A stretch of 33,942 nucleotides of DNA from the NCBI RefSeq assembly GCF_001194135.2, contig NC_068993.1:40990511-41024452 (forward strand). Direction: 5' to 3'. The translations under genes and the position numbers were made by a program. The DNA comes from Octopus bimaculoides (Eukaryota). The notes below the pieces were generated by a model. It worked only from the letters and a program-made list of their open reading frames with translations. It had not been told where the DNA came from and searched no databases. This document shows, piece by piece, positions 11,616 to 22,961 of the stretch. The stretch's first letter is position 1. Each line of letters starts with the position of its first letter.

Positions 11616-11630
11616 AATGATAATAATAAT
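11371..11630. repeat. (TAA)n followed by (GAT/GAG)n compound repeat
   Basis: Direct reading. Confidence 0.95.
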
Positions 11631-11644
11631 CCTTTCTACTGTAC

Positions 11645-11929
11645 TCTTTTACTTGTTTCAGTCATTTGACTGTGGCCATGCTGGAGCACCACCTTTAGTC
11701 GAGCACATCGTCCCCAGGACTTATTTTTTGCAAGCCTAGTACTTATTCTATCGGTCTCTTTTGTCGNNNNNNNNNNNNNNNNNNNNNNNNNNNNNNNNNN
11801 NNNNNNNNNNNNNNNNNNNNNNNNNNNNNNNNNNNNNNNNNNNNNNNNNNNNNNNNNNNNNNNNNNNNNNNNNNNNNNNNNNNNNNNNNNNNNNNNNNNN
11901 NNNNNNNNNNNNNNNNNNNNNNNNNNNNN

Positions 11930-11988
<59 letters not shown>

Positions 11989-12159
11989 AACATATATACG
12001 ACGAGCTTCTTTCAGTTTCCGTCTACCAAATCCACTCAAGGATTTGGTTGGCTTGAGGCTATAGTAGAAGACACTTGCACAAGGTGCCACGCAGTGGGAC
12101 TGAACCCGGAACCATGTGGTTCGTAAGCAAGCTATTTACCACACAGCCACTCTTACACC
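11645..12159 (-). mobile_element. SINE family 1, full length (tRNA-derived head, internal (TA)n(TG)n, 3' domain)
   Basis: Minus-strand head has an A box (TGGCTGTGTGG) and a B box (GGTTCAGTCCC). It closely matches the copy at 33753. The internal microsatellite contains the gap 11767-11929. Confidence 0.9.
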
Positions 12160-12175
12160 TACGATATATAAGTAA

Positions 12176-12524
12176 AGGTCTTGAAATTTTGAGGGAGGGG
12201 ACTAGTCGATTACATCGATTCCAGTGTTCAATTGGCGCTTGTTTTATTGACTCCAAAAAGGTGAAAGGCAAAGTCGACCTCGGTGAAATTTGAACACAGA
12301 ATGTAAGAAGTCAGAACAAATAATGGTTATAAATTTTGGCACAAAGCCAGCAATTTTGGGGTAAGGGTTAAGTCGATTACATCGACCCCAGTGTTCAAAG
12401 GCTACTTATTTTATCGACTCTGAAAGAGAAAGATGACCTCGGCGGAATTTGAACGCGGAATGTAAGAGGTCGGAACAAATATTGTAAATTATTTTGCTGG
12501 ACGTTCTAACGATTCTACCAGTCC
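12176..12524 (-). mobile_element. Two adjacent SINE family 2 copies (12176-12323 partial, 12324-12524)
   Basis: Both contain agtcgattacatcga..ccagtgttcaa and gacctcgg.g.aatttgaac.c.gaatgtaaga.gtc.gaacaaata. Confidence 0.85.
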
Positions 12525-12697
12525 AAATAGTAAAACTTGCATTAGTGTTGACGCCTTAAAATGTTTAAAGAGGTTTTTAGGGCAACATGTATATTTATCT
12601 ATTTCAATGAGTGCCAAATTCAGTACATTGTTACATAAATACGGTGGGGATAGTGGAAAATGGGAAGAGTGTGAGAGTAAGAAAAAGGCAGAGAGGA

Positions 12698-12747
<50 letters not shown>

Positions 12748-12886
12748 ATAAGAAAAAGAGAGGGATGTGGGTAGGTAAACTGCAGAAGTTATTAACTGAG
12801 GAGTATTGAAAAACAATGTTGAATACTTCACACAGATTAAGCGTGCATGTGGTGTGTGTATATATACATATATATTTGTGCGACCG

Positions 12887-12963
<77 letters not shown>

Positions 12964-13319
12964 NNNNNNNNNNNNNNNNNNNNNNNNNNNNNNNNNNNNN
13001 NNNNNNNNNNNNNNNNNNNNNNNNNNNNNNNNNNNNNNNNNNNNNNNNNNNNNNNNNNNNNNNNNNNNNNNNNNNNNNNNNNNNNNNNNNNNNNNNNNNN
13101 NNNNNNNNNNNNNNNNNNNNNNNNNNNNNNNNNNNNNNNNNNNATATATATACATGAACATGTATATGAATATATGTGAATATACATAATATATATATAT
13201 ATATATATGTCTATGTGTGTATACGCACACACACATGTATGTATGTATGTATGTATGCATGCCCATTATCATTATTCCGCATACGCATACATGTTACATG
13301 TGCTATAAGCATGTTCTCA

Positions 13320-13404
13320 TCAGCTGCCAAACCGATGTATGTAATAAGGTTTTGACGACTTAAGTAGACCGCTTCCTTCAGCTCCGCCAGCAACCCAAGT
13401 CACC
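13320..13404 (-). CDS. Candidate terminal coding exon of an unidentified gene
   Basis: Strong acceptor (ctttttctttctacctcttttag|G), locally higher GC, and open reading (R)VTWVAGGAEGSGLLKSSKPYYIHRFGS* in the phase-2 frame. No homologue recognised. Confidence 0.3.
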
Positions 13405-13547
13405 CTAAAAGAGGTAGAAAGAAAAAGTGCTTGAGATTACACTACTACTGAATTCTAGTGTGTCTAAGAGTGTGTACATGACTGAAGTATCTACAGTATT
13501 GTAGCTTAAGTGTTTCTTATTCTTTTTGGCTTTTGAATAAAACATAC

Positions 13548-13570
13548 CTCGTTTGCAGCTTGTTGAACAC
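13548..13570 (-). CDS. Candidate 23-nt exon upstream of the 13404 acceptor
   Basis: ctag|GTGTTCAACAAGCTGCAAACGAG|gtatgt. A 143-nt GT-AG intron joins it to 13404, giving VFNKLQTR-VTW.. (or VQQAANE-GDLGCWRS* in another frame). The acceptor is weak. Confidence 0.25.
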
Positions 13571-13625
13571 CTAGCTTGCTTGAAGAGGCAATTTGGTGCT
13601 TAGTCCAGGAATCGAAACCGCGACC

Positions 13626-13918
13626 AGACGTTTGAAGTACATAGACTTTCTCTTACTTATCATTTTGGGATTAGTATATTCGTTCTTGTAGTCATGTCTA
13701 TTTGAATCCAAAACATATATTTGAATAAAAAATTATATATATTAATAGGGTACTAATATATATAATATAGAGAGAATGTTAATTTTTAAAATTACAGATA
13801 TTAGTACCCACTTAATCTATATTTTTTTTAGTCTTGATTCAAATAGACATGACTGCAAGAACGAATATACTAATCCCAAAATGATAACTAAGAGAAACTC
13901 TATGCACTTCAAACGTCT
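13626..13918. repeat. Foldback / long inverted repeat (83-bp arms, 79/83 identical, inner 12-bp inverted repeat)
   Basis: Arms 13626-13708 and 13836-13918 aligned by hand; inner gggtactaatat (13748-13759) pairs with atattagtaccc (13798-13809). Confidence 0.9.
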
Positions 13919-14281
13919 TTTCAGTTTTTATATCAGCTACTGACGAATATAAATATAACTGTTGCGATTTTCTATTTATGAATATCTGAGACTTTTTATA
14001 CGAAACAAATTGTTTAGCAACATGAAAAAAAAAACTATCAACCATTTTAACATCTAATCTCCTCCATTACATAAATATGAATGAATTTGTTGAACTTTGC
14101 TGAATAAGTTAAATCATATACCGATTATTTCTATACAAGCTTTCATACCTATACGAATTTATGTAAGAAAATTCACAAGTAATGTATAGAGAAAAGACAT
14201 TAGAAATCTATGGAAATAATTCCAATTAAAGGACGAACTTACATTCATCCGATAAAAAATATATAGAAAGATATATATAAT

Positions 14282-14376
14282 ATGTGTGTGTATGTATGTA
14301 TGTATGTATGTATGTATGTATGTATGTATGCATGTATGTATGTATGAATGCATGCATGTGTATTTATGTATGTATG
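14282..14376. repeat. (TATG)n microsatellite
   Basis: Direct reading. Confidence 0.9.
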
Positions 14377-14596
14377 CAAACAGACAGATCATATTATTGG
14401 TTTGGACTGAATTGGATTGGATTGCCTATGTACAATATATTCTGCAGAACGAAGGCTTCAGCATGTTCCCGCCGTATGATGTGGAGGCCGTAAATTTGAA
14501 CTTCAGATCATTCTGATGAGCCTACTTTTCCATACTGCTCCTCATAGTTTTGCAGAGCTGTGCAGCTTTTATTTTATACTCTTACCCGGGAGTATT

Positions 14597-14760
14597 TAAG
14601 TCGATAACATCAACCCCAGTACTTAACTGGTACTTATATTATTGACTCCTGAAAGGATAAAATGCAAATTCGGTCTCGACGGAATTTGAATTCAGAATGT
14701 TTGGACGGACGAAATCCGCTAATCATTTCGTCCGGCGTGCTAACGATTCTCCCAGTTCGC
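14597..14760 (-). mobile_element. SINE family 2 copy, followed by an isolated SINE 3' tail on + (14771-14830)
   Basis: taagtcga..ccccagtac..ggtactta..cggaatttgaattcagaa..ggcgtgctaacgattc; then ggtgccccagcatggccacagc..ctgaaac. Confidence 0.8.
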
Positions 14761-14856
14761 TACTTTTATCGGTGCCCCAGCATGGCCACAGCTCATGAGC
14801 TGAAACTAGATAAAATGAAAATGAAAAAAATGAAAAATATATCGATATATTATACT

Positions 14857-15300
14857 GGATTCGCTGTGGCTGTGGTTTAGAAGCTCGTCTTGCAGCCATA
14901 TGTCTTGGGTCCAGTCCCATTGGACAAGCGTTTTCTGCTATAGACCCTGGTCGACTAAAGATTTGAGAGTGAATTTGATTGATAGAAACTGTATGGAAGA
15001 TTGTCATGTATACGTAATTGCATGCATAACTGTGCGTGCATGTGCATGTGTGTGTGCATGTGCATGTGTGTGTATTTGTCCTTGCGCTTGTGTTTATCCT
15101 CCATTCCATCAACACCACTAGACAACCTATGCTGGTTTTTTTTTTTACATCCCTGTAACTTAGCGTTTCAGCATAAGAATCGACAGAATAAGCACCAAAC
15201 TTTAAAATAAGTAATGGGTTCGATTTGTTTGACTAAACTCTTCATGTTGGTGTCCCAGCATGGCCGCGATCCTATGTCTGAAACAAATAAAAGGTAAAAG
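14857..15300 (+). mobile_element. SINE family 1, full length, diverged
   Basis: Head tggctgtgg..gggtccagtccc, internal (TG)-like tract, 3' domain ..ccctgtaacttagcg..cccagcatggccgc..ctgaaacaaataaaag. Confidence 0.8.
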
Positions 15301-15978
15301 GATTTCTTCACTCAACCCTTATCCCAAACATTATTACCAAGACACCAAGTGAGAATGAACGTGTAAACTACATTTTTGAAACCATAAACAAAAGTCATGA
15401 CTCATAGACGCTCATTTACATAACGGTAAATAATAAGGAATTCGTTCGACTCGATTCGATTCTCACGTTGCAATGAAGGCCGTCATGGCATTAGTTTTAC
15501 AATGTGATTAAACGCACACAGATATATGGGCATCCATATATTTATTACTGATACAGATATTTTATAGTATTGAAACTATGAAATCCGCTGAGATCAGATC
15601 ATAAAATTGTTTGGTTTTATACATTTCACTTACGTCTTAAATATATTTCATTGGTGTATTAGCGATATATCTAAAGTTAATCGAAAACACACTTCAGCTT
15701 TTTTCAGAGAGTTTTCTTTTATAAATTTCCTCTGGTATTCTGATGAAAGGTTTCATTGTCATTATCGTGTTATTCAAAACCTACTGAGAATTCGGGTGGA
15801 TCAGTTCTTACTCCCAGGGCTGTTAATATTGAAGCTAAGTTGAATGAAACTACCTAAAAAAGATTTGATGAGTAAGCTTTTTGCTTCCTTTTCTTGCATC
15901 TTCATCTGGCTGCTTTGAAGGGAGAAATCTGATAAAACAGATATACTGCCATACAATATAGAACGCGGTTACACAAAC

Positions 15979-15979
<1 letters not shown>

Positions 15980-16054
<75 letters not shown>
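15980..16054. repeat. (TAA)n microsatellite
   Basis: Direct reading. Confidence 0.95.
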
Positions 16055-16056
<2 letters not shown>

Positions 16057-16367
16057 GCTTTCTAATTGATGTATCAATACGAGCAGATGATAACGTTTCT
16101 CTAAAAGAAATGGAGAAACTTTCAAAATACAAAGACTTGGAAATAGAGGTAACTCGAATGTGGAATCTAAAAACAGAGACAATTCCTATCATAGTAGGCG
16201 CCTTAGGTATGATAAAATATTCAGACAAATACATAACAAAAACACCAGGACTTACAAATATATATAATTGCACTACTGGGCACTGCACACATCCTACGCA
16301 AAACACTTTCAATACGGTAACCATAAGAACATCACAGCAAACCACAGCACATACCCAAGGCACACAG
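16053..16367 (+). mobile_element. R4/Dong-like non-LTR retrotransposon RLE fragment directly after (TAA)n
   Basis: KCFLIDVSI..ADDNVSLKEMEKLSKYKDLEIEVTRMWNLKTETIPIIVGALGMIK..ALLGTAHILRKTLSIR* (stop 16318-16320), then a partial 3' UTR. Confidence 0.9.
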
Positions 16368-16563
16368 TGAGTGGGATGCGCATTGATACCGTCGAGAGGT
16401 AGGCCCCGAAATGGCGCGCATTCTCACCTGATGACTCCATAGACATGCTGGCTTCCGGTATGAGGAGCTCTCGACTGATAGGACTTGCATGTGCAAGTTT
16501 CTTGCAACACATTTATTTATATATTTATTTATTCATTCAATTATTTATTTATTCATTTAGTGG

Positions 16564-16593
16564 TTAGGGTTAGGGTTAGGGTTAGGGTTAGGG
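16564..16593 (+). repeat. Interstitial (TTAGGG)5
   Basis: Five perfect units. Confidence 0.95.
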
Positions 16594-16597
16594 TGCT

Positions 16598-16625
16598 GCA
16601 GTCACGATCGCAAGATCGTGATTGC
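16598..16625 (+). other. 12-bp hairpin with GCAA (GNRA) tetraloop
   Basis: gcagtcacgatc-GCAA-gatcgtgattgc, with one G-T wobble. Confidence 0.8.
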
Positions 16626-18484
16626 GATTCTCGAACCCAGAAATGATCATCGTATATCTTAATGAGAGATCTACTGATTTTTACCATCTAGCATTCTCCC
16701 TAATCATAACATTCTCCTGTGGGCTAACCCCATAGGAGCAGCACAGCATTTCGAAAAATGGGGTCCGGTTCTAGATGAAAATTGGGAAGAAGCTCTCAAA
16801 AGACGTGCGCCTCAGGGAGAGAACAACAACAACAACAACGACGACCACCACGACGACAGCAACAACAGGATAACGATGGTGGATTTCTTTGTTCAATTCT
16901 ATTGAACTGCGAAATAACCGATCGAATTTCCCCATATAATTACAATTCTTTATATCAATGAGCAATAAAAATAGAAAGGTTAAAAACATCGATCCCTGTT
17001 TGAATTTGAACGAAGAGGGGTGAAGCTCTGGATTTGATTGTATAAAGCTTTTAAGATAATTCTGTTATATCTCAAACTTCAGCATTAACGAAACAACAGC
17101 GGTAGCAACAACAGGATGATGTTTTACGGATTTGTTCCTTTAATTCTATTGAAGTAGGGAATGGCCAATCGAATTTACCCATAACTTTGATATCGTTTTA
17201 ATGATCAATGAAGTAATAGCAAAAGCAACAACAGGAACAACAAAACTAACAATATAGTATCAACAACAAAATAAAACAGCATCAATATTTCTTCATTATT
17301 ACAACAACTTAAATTCTCCCATGTCGAGTATAGATGTCAAATATACATCAAATATGCTTTTTGTTTGTATTTATTTCATCTTTCTTTTTTTGTTTCCATA
17401 ACCGTAAAAATGAATATTTATTTCTCACCATGCTATCTCAAAAACACAGAACCTTAATTATTTATATTTGTTAACAGTAAAATCTATCCAATGGTTAGGA
17501 GTGGTGTCTTCTTAGATAAAGGAACAACGAGATTACGATTATTTTCATACTGGGTGGTAGCAAAGTCATGCTATAAGATCCAAGCGAACTGAGTTTTGCG
17601 ATGTTTTACGTTTTCGCTAACATTCTTTGGAAACGTATGAACGTTACAATTTGTTTACATTTCCTATGGCACAATACTTCAGAGTTCATGTCCATGTGTG
17701 TGTGTGTGTGTGTGTGTGTGTTTATTTATACTATTAATACCGTTCTGGGCGGTGAGCAGAAAAACTGGAGGTCTTCTGGGTTATAACGACGAAATATGAT
17801 GTTAAGAAAGTATAAAGATTGTTGTTTTCTCTTGGCAATTTCCAGATGTATTTTGATTTTGTTTCCGCCCCATAATATAATAAAAACTAAATGATGCCAG
17901 ACAAACACATAAACGGGTCATTTACCAGTTTGCTAAATACTATCATCTGCTGTCTTCTGACTTCCAACACCTGTTGAGTGCTGAAGACACGTTTATTTAT
18001 GTTCTTCAAAATTTTGTTCCTTAACATTTTAACCATCTGCTTAACGGGTTTTAATTTTCTCGGTCTGTGGTAACACATTTTTCAGACGATTTTGTGAAAA
18101 TGACAAGCAAACAAGAAAATTGGCCTCTTTGTGAGCGTACAATCTGCAAGAAATGCTAGCTAACTCTTCCTAAAATTAGGTTATTCTTAAAATTGAGAAC
18201 AAAAAATTAGATTGTCTACTCCTAAATACATTACATCTGAATAATTAAATAAAATGTGCTAGTCAATGCTGGGCTGTCTCTTGCCGTTAATCTACTCGAT
18301 CAGTATTACAACAGCGATAATGAATAGAGGGATCAAAGGAACAAAATTAACGAAGAAAATAATTTTGCTGTGGTTTGCTATAAATAGGTTGCGAAGGGAA
18401 ACCGGCACAACGTCTTTTTCAGCAAGGTACTTCAACTTATGCTGGTCTAGTCCTCCTCATATAAAGCTGAGTACGGTTTGACGG

Positions 18485-18640
18485 AATTGTTTGGAAAGCT
18501 TGCTTCGTGACTACAATGTTCCAGGTTCGATCCTTTTGCTTAACATCTTGGGAAAATGTTGTTTTCTAACGCCTAGGATTAACCTGTAGCCTGTTAGTGA
18601 AAATGGGTAGGTGGAAACTGTTTAGAACCCTTACGACTGG
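18485..18640 (+). mobile_element. SINE family 1 head, highly diverged
   Basis: aagcttgcttc..caggttcgatcc..ttgggaaaatg..gtgaaaatgggtaggtggaaactg. Confidence 0.55.
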
Positions 18641-18930
18641 ACTGTACTTGTAATCCCCACCACCACCACCACTCCAAAAAATTACAGCCGTGTCTCTTAG
18701 TGTGTCATGCTAATTGTACTTGAGAATTACTTCAAAAGTACATTTAATTTAACTGATCAAACAATGAACGGTCATCAGTCTGAAGAAGGTGAACAAACCA
18801 AAACATTCGAAGTCACTATCAACCTTTTTCTTAAAAAATTTAATAAATATTTATTCTACGATTACATATTCAGTAATCATTCAGTTGGATGTCAAATTGT
18901 TTTCAAGTATATCTTGACATAAAAAGAAGT

Positions 18931-18961
<31 letters not shown>

Positions 18962-19974
18962 NNNNNNNNNNNNNNNNNNNNNNNNNNNNNNNNNNNNNNN
19001 NNNNNNNNNNNNNNNNNNNNNNNNNNNNNNNNNNNNNNNNNNNNNNNNNNNNNNNNNNNNNNNNNNNNNNNNNNNNNNNNNNNNNNNNNNNNNNNNNNNN
19101 NNNNNNNNNNNNNNNNNNNNNNNNNNNNNNNNNNNNNNNNNNNNNNNNNNNNNNNNNNNNNNNNNNNNNNNNNNNNNNNNNNNNNNNNNNNNNNNNNNNN
19201 NNNNNNNNNNNNNNNNNNNNNNNNNNNNNNNNNNNNNNNNNNNNNNNNNNNNNNNNNNNNNNNNNNNNNNNNNNNNNNNNNNNNNNNNNNNNNNNNNNNN
19301 NNNNNNNNNNNNNNNNNNNNNNNNNNNNNNNNNNNNNNNNNNNNNNNNNNNNNNNNNNNNNNNNNNNNNNNNNNNNNNNNNNNNNNNNNNNNNNNNNNNN
19401 NNNNNNNNNNNNNNNNNNNNNNNNNNNNNNNNNNNNNNNNNNNNNNNNNNNNNNNNNNNNNNNNNNNNNNNNNNNNNNNNNNNNNNNNNNNNNNNNNNNN
19501 NNNNNNNNNNNNNNNNNNNNNNNNNNNNNNNNNNNNNNNNNNNNNNNNNNNNNNNNNNNNNNNNNNNNNNNNNNNNNNNNNNNNNNNNNNNNNNNNNNNN
19601 NNNNNNNNNNNNNNNNNNNNNNNNNNNNNNNNNNNNNNNNNNNNNNNNNNNNNNNNNNNNNNNATATATATATATATATATATATATACAGAGAAAGAGA
19701 GAGAGAGTGAGAGAGAGAATGTGGGAGAGATAGATAGATATTGTTACTGCTACTACTACAAACTTCATAAGTTTCTAACTTCAAATATTATTTGGGGTGT
19801 TGTACGTGTTCATAAAGCAGCTAATGTGATGGAGACAACACACGTTTGCAGAGTTAGCCAATCAGAATATCAGAAATACACGGTTCCTCGTTTTAGCTTT
19901 GATTTTGTGGAAACAGTAAATACCAACAGATAGACGTCTGAATATAACTTATGTATCAAATAATATAAAGTGAG

Positions 19975-20160
19975 CAATAATATAATATAATGTGATATAA
20001 TGTAATATAATACAATATAGTAATATAATGTAATATAATACAATATAATGTAATATAAATATAATATAGTAATATAATGTAATATAATGTAATATAATAT
20101 AATATAATATAATATAATATAATATAATATAATATAATGTAATGTAATATAATATAATAT
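19975..20160. repeat. (AATAT/AATGT)n pentanucleotide repeat
   Basis: Direct reading. Confidence 0.9.
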
Positions 20161-20214
20161 AGTGAGACTTCCTGTAAGTGAAATTTATGCGAATAATTTA
20201 TGCGAATATGGTAG

Positions 20215-20252
<38 letters not shown>

Positions 20253-20865
20253 GTTTGTTTGTTTATGTCTAGCAAGTAATTAATTTCTTAATTAGCTGGA
20301 ATTTATCACATAATGATACTTTTTAATTAAATAAAAGTCAATGCTAAACCAACAGAAAAGCAAGAGAAAACAAATTAGTGCAAGTCATGTGACTCACTAT
20401 TTTGTTTCATACTTTACATACATACATACAACCATACAACCATACATACATACATGCATACATACATACATACATACATACATACAAACATACTTAAATA
20501 CACACATATAAATTTAAATATGCTGATATTGATATGTACATACACATATACTTACATTTATATATACAACATATGTTTGCATTATTAACTGATTTAGGTC
20601 AAGGTTACAAACACTCTCGTATAAATTTTGAGGTTAACTCCACCCTTTGAGAGAATATGCAGAAATAAGAACCAAAATCTGTAGCACACTCTATATCATA
20701 TGAATTTATTAGATTATATGTAGAAGAAATTATATTTTTGTCTCTAATTATATCAATTTCAATCTAGGCCTTATGAGCTTCGCCGTGAAGCAAGTGATAT
20801 AAGTTACAGAAATTAATATAAAGTACAAAAATTTCGAAATTCATCTATCCTTTTTTATTCTTATA

Positions 20866-22054
20866 CAAGATGCAACTCAGAAGTTTTGAAACTTTTGCAG
20901 GAGAGACATTTGATTAACTTCAAAGAAGTACTGAACACTAATCTCCTTTAAAGTAGGAACCTTTGGCTTCAATGCATTGGTGGAAGCGCTCTGGCCACTT
21001 CGTGAAGGCTTCATGCAAGCCCTCTAAAGTGAAAGTATCCGGAACCTTTATCACAGCCTCTTTCATTTCGATGTCTTGAAGATGACTACTCCTGATGTCC
21101 TCTTTCAACTTGAAGAACAACCAAAAGTCACAGGGAACAAGTTCAGGACTGTAGGGAAGATGAGAGGCAAGTAGATGGTTACCAGGATGTAATTATGGAT
21201 TGGTGCATTGTTCTGAACTTCTTCAAAATCTCCACAGAGTAATCTTTGTTGACCGTCTGACCAGGTGGAACTCTATGGATGTAGATGATGCCATTGCTGT
21301 CGAAAAGGGACCATCATGAGCTTCCCTATGGACTTGCTTTGCTTTGCTTTCTTGGGTCTGGAGAGCCATGATACTTCCATTGGGTAGTCTGTCTCATAGT
21401 CCCTGGATCATAACAGTAGATCTAACTTTCTTCAAATGTTGCCAGAGGCTCAAATACTCTTGGATTGAAGGTAATGAGCTCAACCATTTCCTGGGTGTAA
21501 CCAATACGTCACTGAGCAACCTGGGAACAAACTTTCCACAAATTTTGCGCATGTTCAAATCTCCATGAATGATTCTGTGTACAGAGACGCCATACCATAT
21601 CTAAGCATGCTTATTGTTTTTATGGATACACGGCGGTCTTCATCCAGAAAACTGCGAATTTTCTCAACCAGCTCTGATGTTTGACGTACCTCTCCCTCCC
21701 ACACTTCTCATCATCTTTCATCTTCTCTCTATCGATCTTGAACCTCTTGTGTCGACTCATTCAAGGTTATCCATAAGCAATCTGAATCGCATTTCATAAG
21801 TTTTTGTAGCGTTTTTGTCCAGTTTAACACAACTTTATGGCATAGCGTGCTTTCAAACGTCCCGACAGCATTTTGAAAACTAGATAGCTGTGATAAGCAA
21901 ATCTTTTCAAAGTGCTGTTACAGCCCTCTCTATCAATTTGGAATTTAAAGCTGGCAGGTCAGCTTATTAGATGTATGGTAAAGATATACTAAAATTACAG
22001 GACAGTTACAACTGCTTCTCCTAAAAATTATCAAAACTTTAGGAATGCACTTTG
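20866..22054 (-). mobile_element. Mariner (DD34D-type) transposon with both TIRs, decayed and internally deleted
   Basis: Left terminus TA|caagatgcaactcagaagttttgaaact; degenerate inverted partner at about 22017-22054. Minus-strand translation includes VKLDKNATKTYEM, CYDP, QWKYHGSP, PKKAKQSKSIGKLM, FDSNGIIYIHRVPPGQTVNKDY and HLPYSPELVPCDFWLFFKLKE..CIEAKGSYFKGD*. Confidence 0.9.
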
Positions 22055-22623
22055 TTACTTCAAGTAAGTGTTATAACTTCTAAGTCAAACAATCAAGAAA
22101 TCACAATTTCAACCTAGTTACAGCTTTGTTCTCCAACTAATGTAAGTTCTCTCATACTCAATAAATTATCTGATGGTCATGTAAGAGGTCTATACTTTGA
22201 TGTGAATCTTGGTCTTTTCGATTCTTTGTAAATATCGACTAGAATTGAGTAGTGAAGTCATCAAAAATCTTATTAATAAAATTATATCAAAACAATTGCC
22301 AGGTTTTATTAATCGAGTGATGACTGTCACCACATACCTATCCAATAAGATTTGTAACGAAGCTTATCAATAGGGGCCATTCTAAGAATTACGATGGTGA
22401 AAGGCAGGGGATCATATAGTTTGGCAGTGAAGTACAATATCGGACGAAGTTCTTGTTTTCGAACTCATGAACATGGATTTTGCCTAGCGAGGTTCTTAAC
22501 TCCGCATCCTTGGCTGTTTCCCTGATAACACATGACAGCATGATTCATGAGAGTGTCTCCATGTGTAAAATGCTTGGTGTTAATTAATATTTAAGCATAT
22601 TTATGTGTGTGTTCGTGCATGCA

Positions 22624-22665
22624 TGCAAGTGCGCGCGCGTGTGTACACACGCGCGCGCACATGCA
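22624..22665. other. Purine-pyrimidine alternating palindrome (32 bp perfect, 42 bp with one mismatch)
   Basis: gtgcgcgcgcgtgtgt|acacacgcgcgcgcac at 22629-22660, flanked by tgca-a and a-tgca. Confidence 0.9.
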
Positions 22666-22896
22666 CATATACGTTGGTTTATGTAGGGCGAAAGAGGGAG
22701 GAGTGCTCAATGCATGTTGTAGAAGACGTGGTTTTTATTATTGAAACTCAAACTGATATCTTGTCTTGCGACTCGAATGTTACACTACTGTGACCTTCTC
22801 TTGCCTGAAGATCGTAGTGGCGTGTAAAACAAAAAGTCACGAAGGAAACTTTCAGTTTCAGTCTTTAATAAATACCCATGTATATATATATGTATG

Positions 22897-22961
<65 letters not shown>

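Noticed and set aside
13320-13345. YYIHRFG as an RFamide neuropeptide
   Set aside because: Gly is followed by Ser-stop rather than basic residues or the C-terminus, and the exon itself is unverified.
13288-13362. Plus-strand CYMC..SCQTDVCN resembling a Ly6/three-finger C-terminus
   Set aside because: Too short, lacks the internal cysteines, is preceded by microsatellite-derived sequence and has no splice sites.
14385-14520. Non-repetitive ORF tail ILLVWTELDWIAYVQYILQNEGFSMFPPYDVEAV
   Set aside because: No convincing splice sites or recognisable homology on either strand.
15634-15852. Minus-strand segment between an acceptor at 15853 and a GTAAGT donor at 15633
   Set aside because: Stops in all three frames; at most a non-coding exon.
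16400-16480. GAAA..CTGATGA..CTGA as a hammerhead or C/D snoRNA
   Set aside because: The bases after CUGAUGA do not pair with those before GAAA; the C-to-D distance is short and there is no terminal stem.
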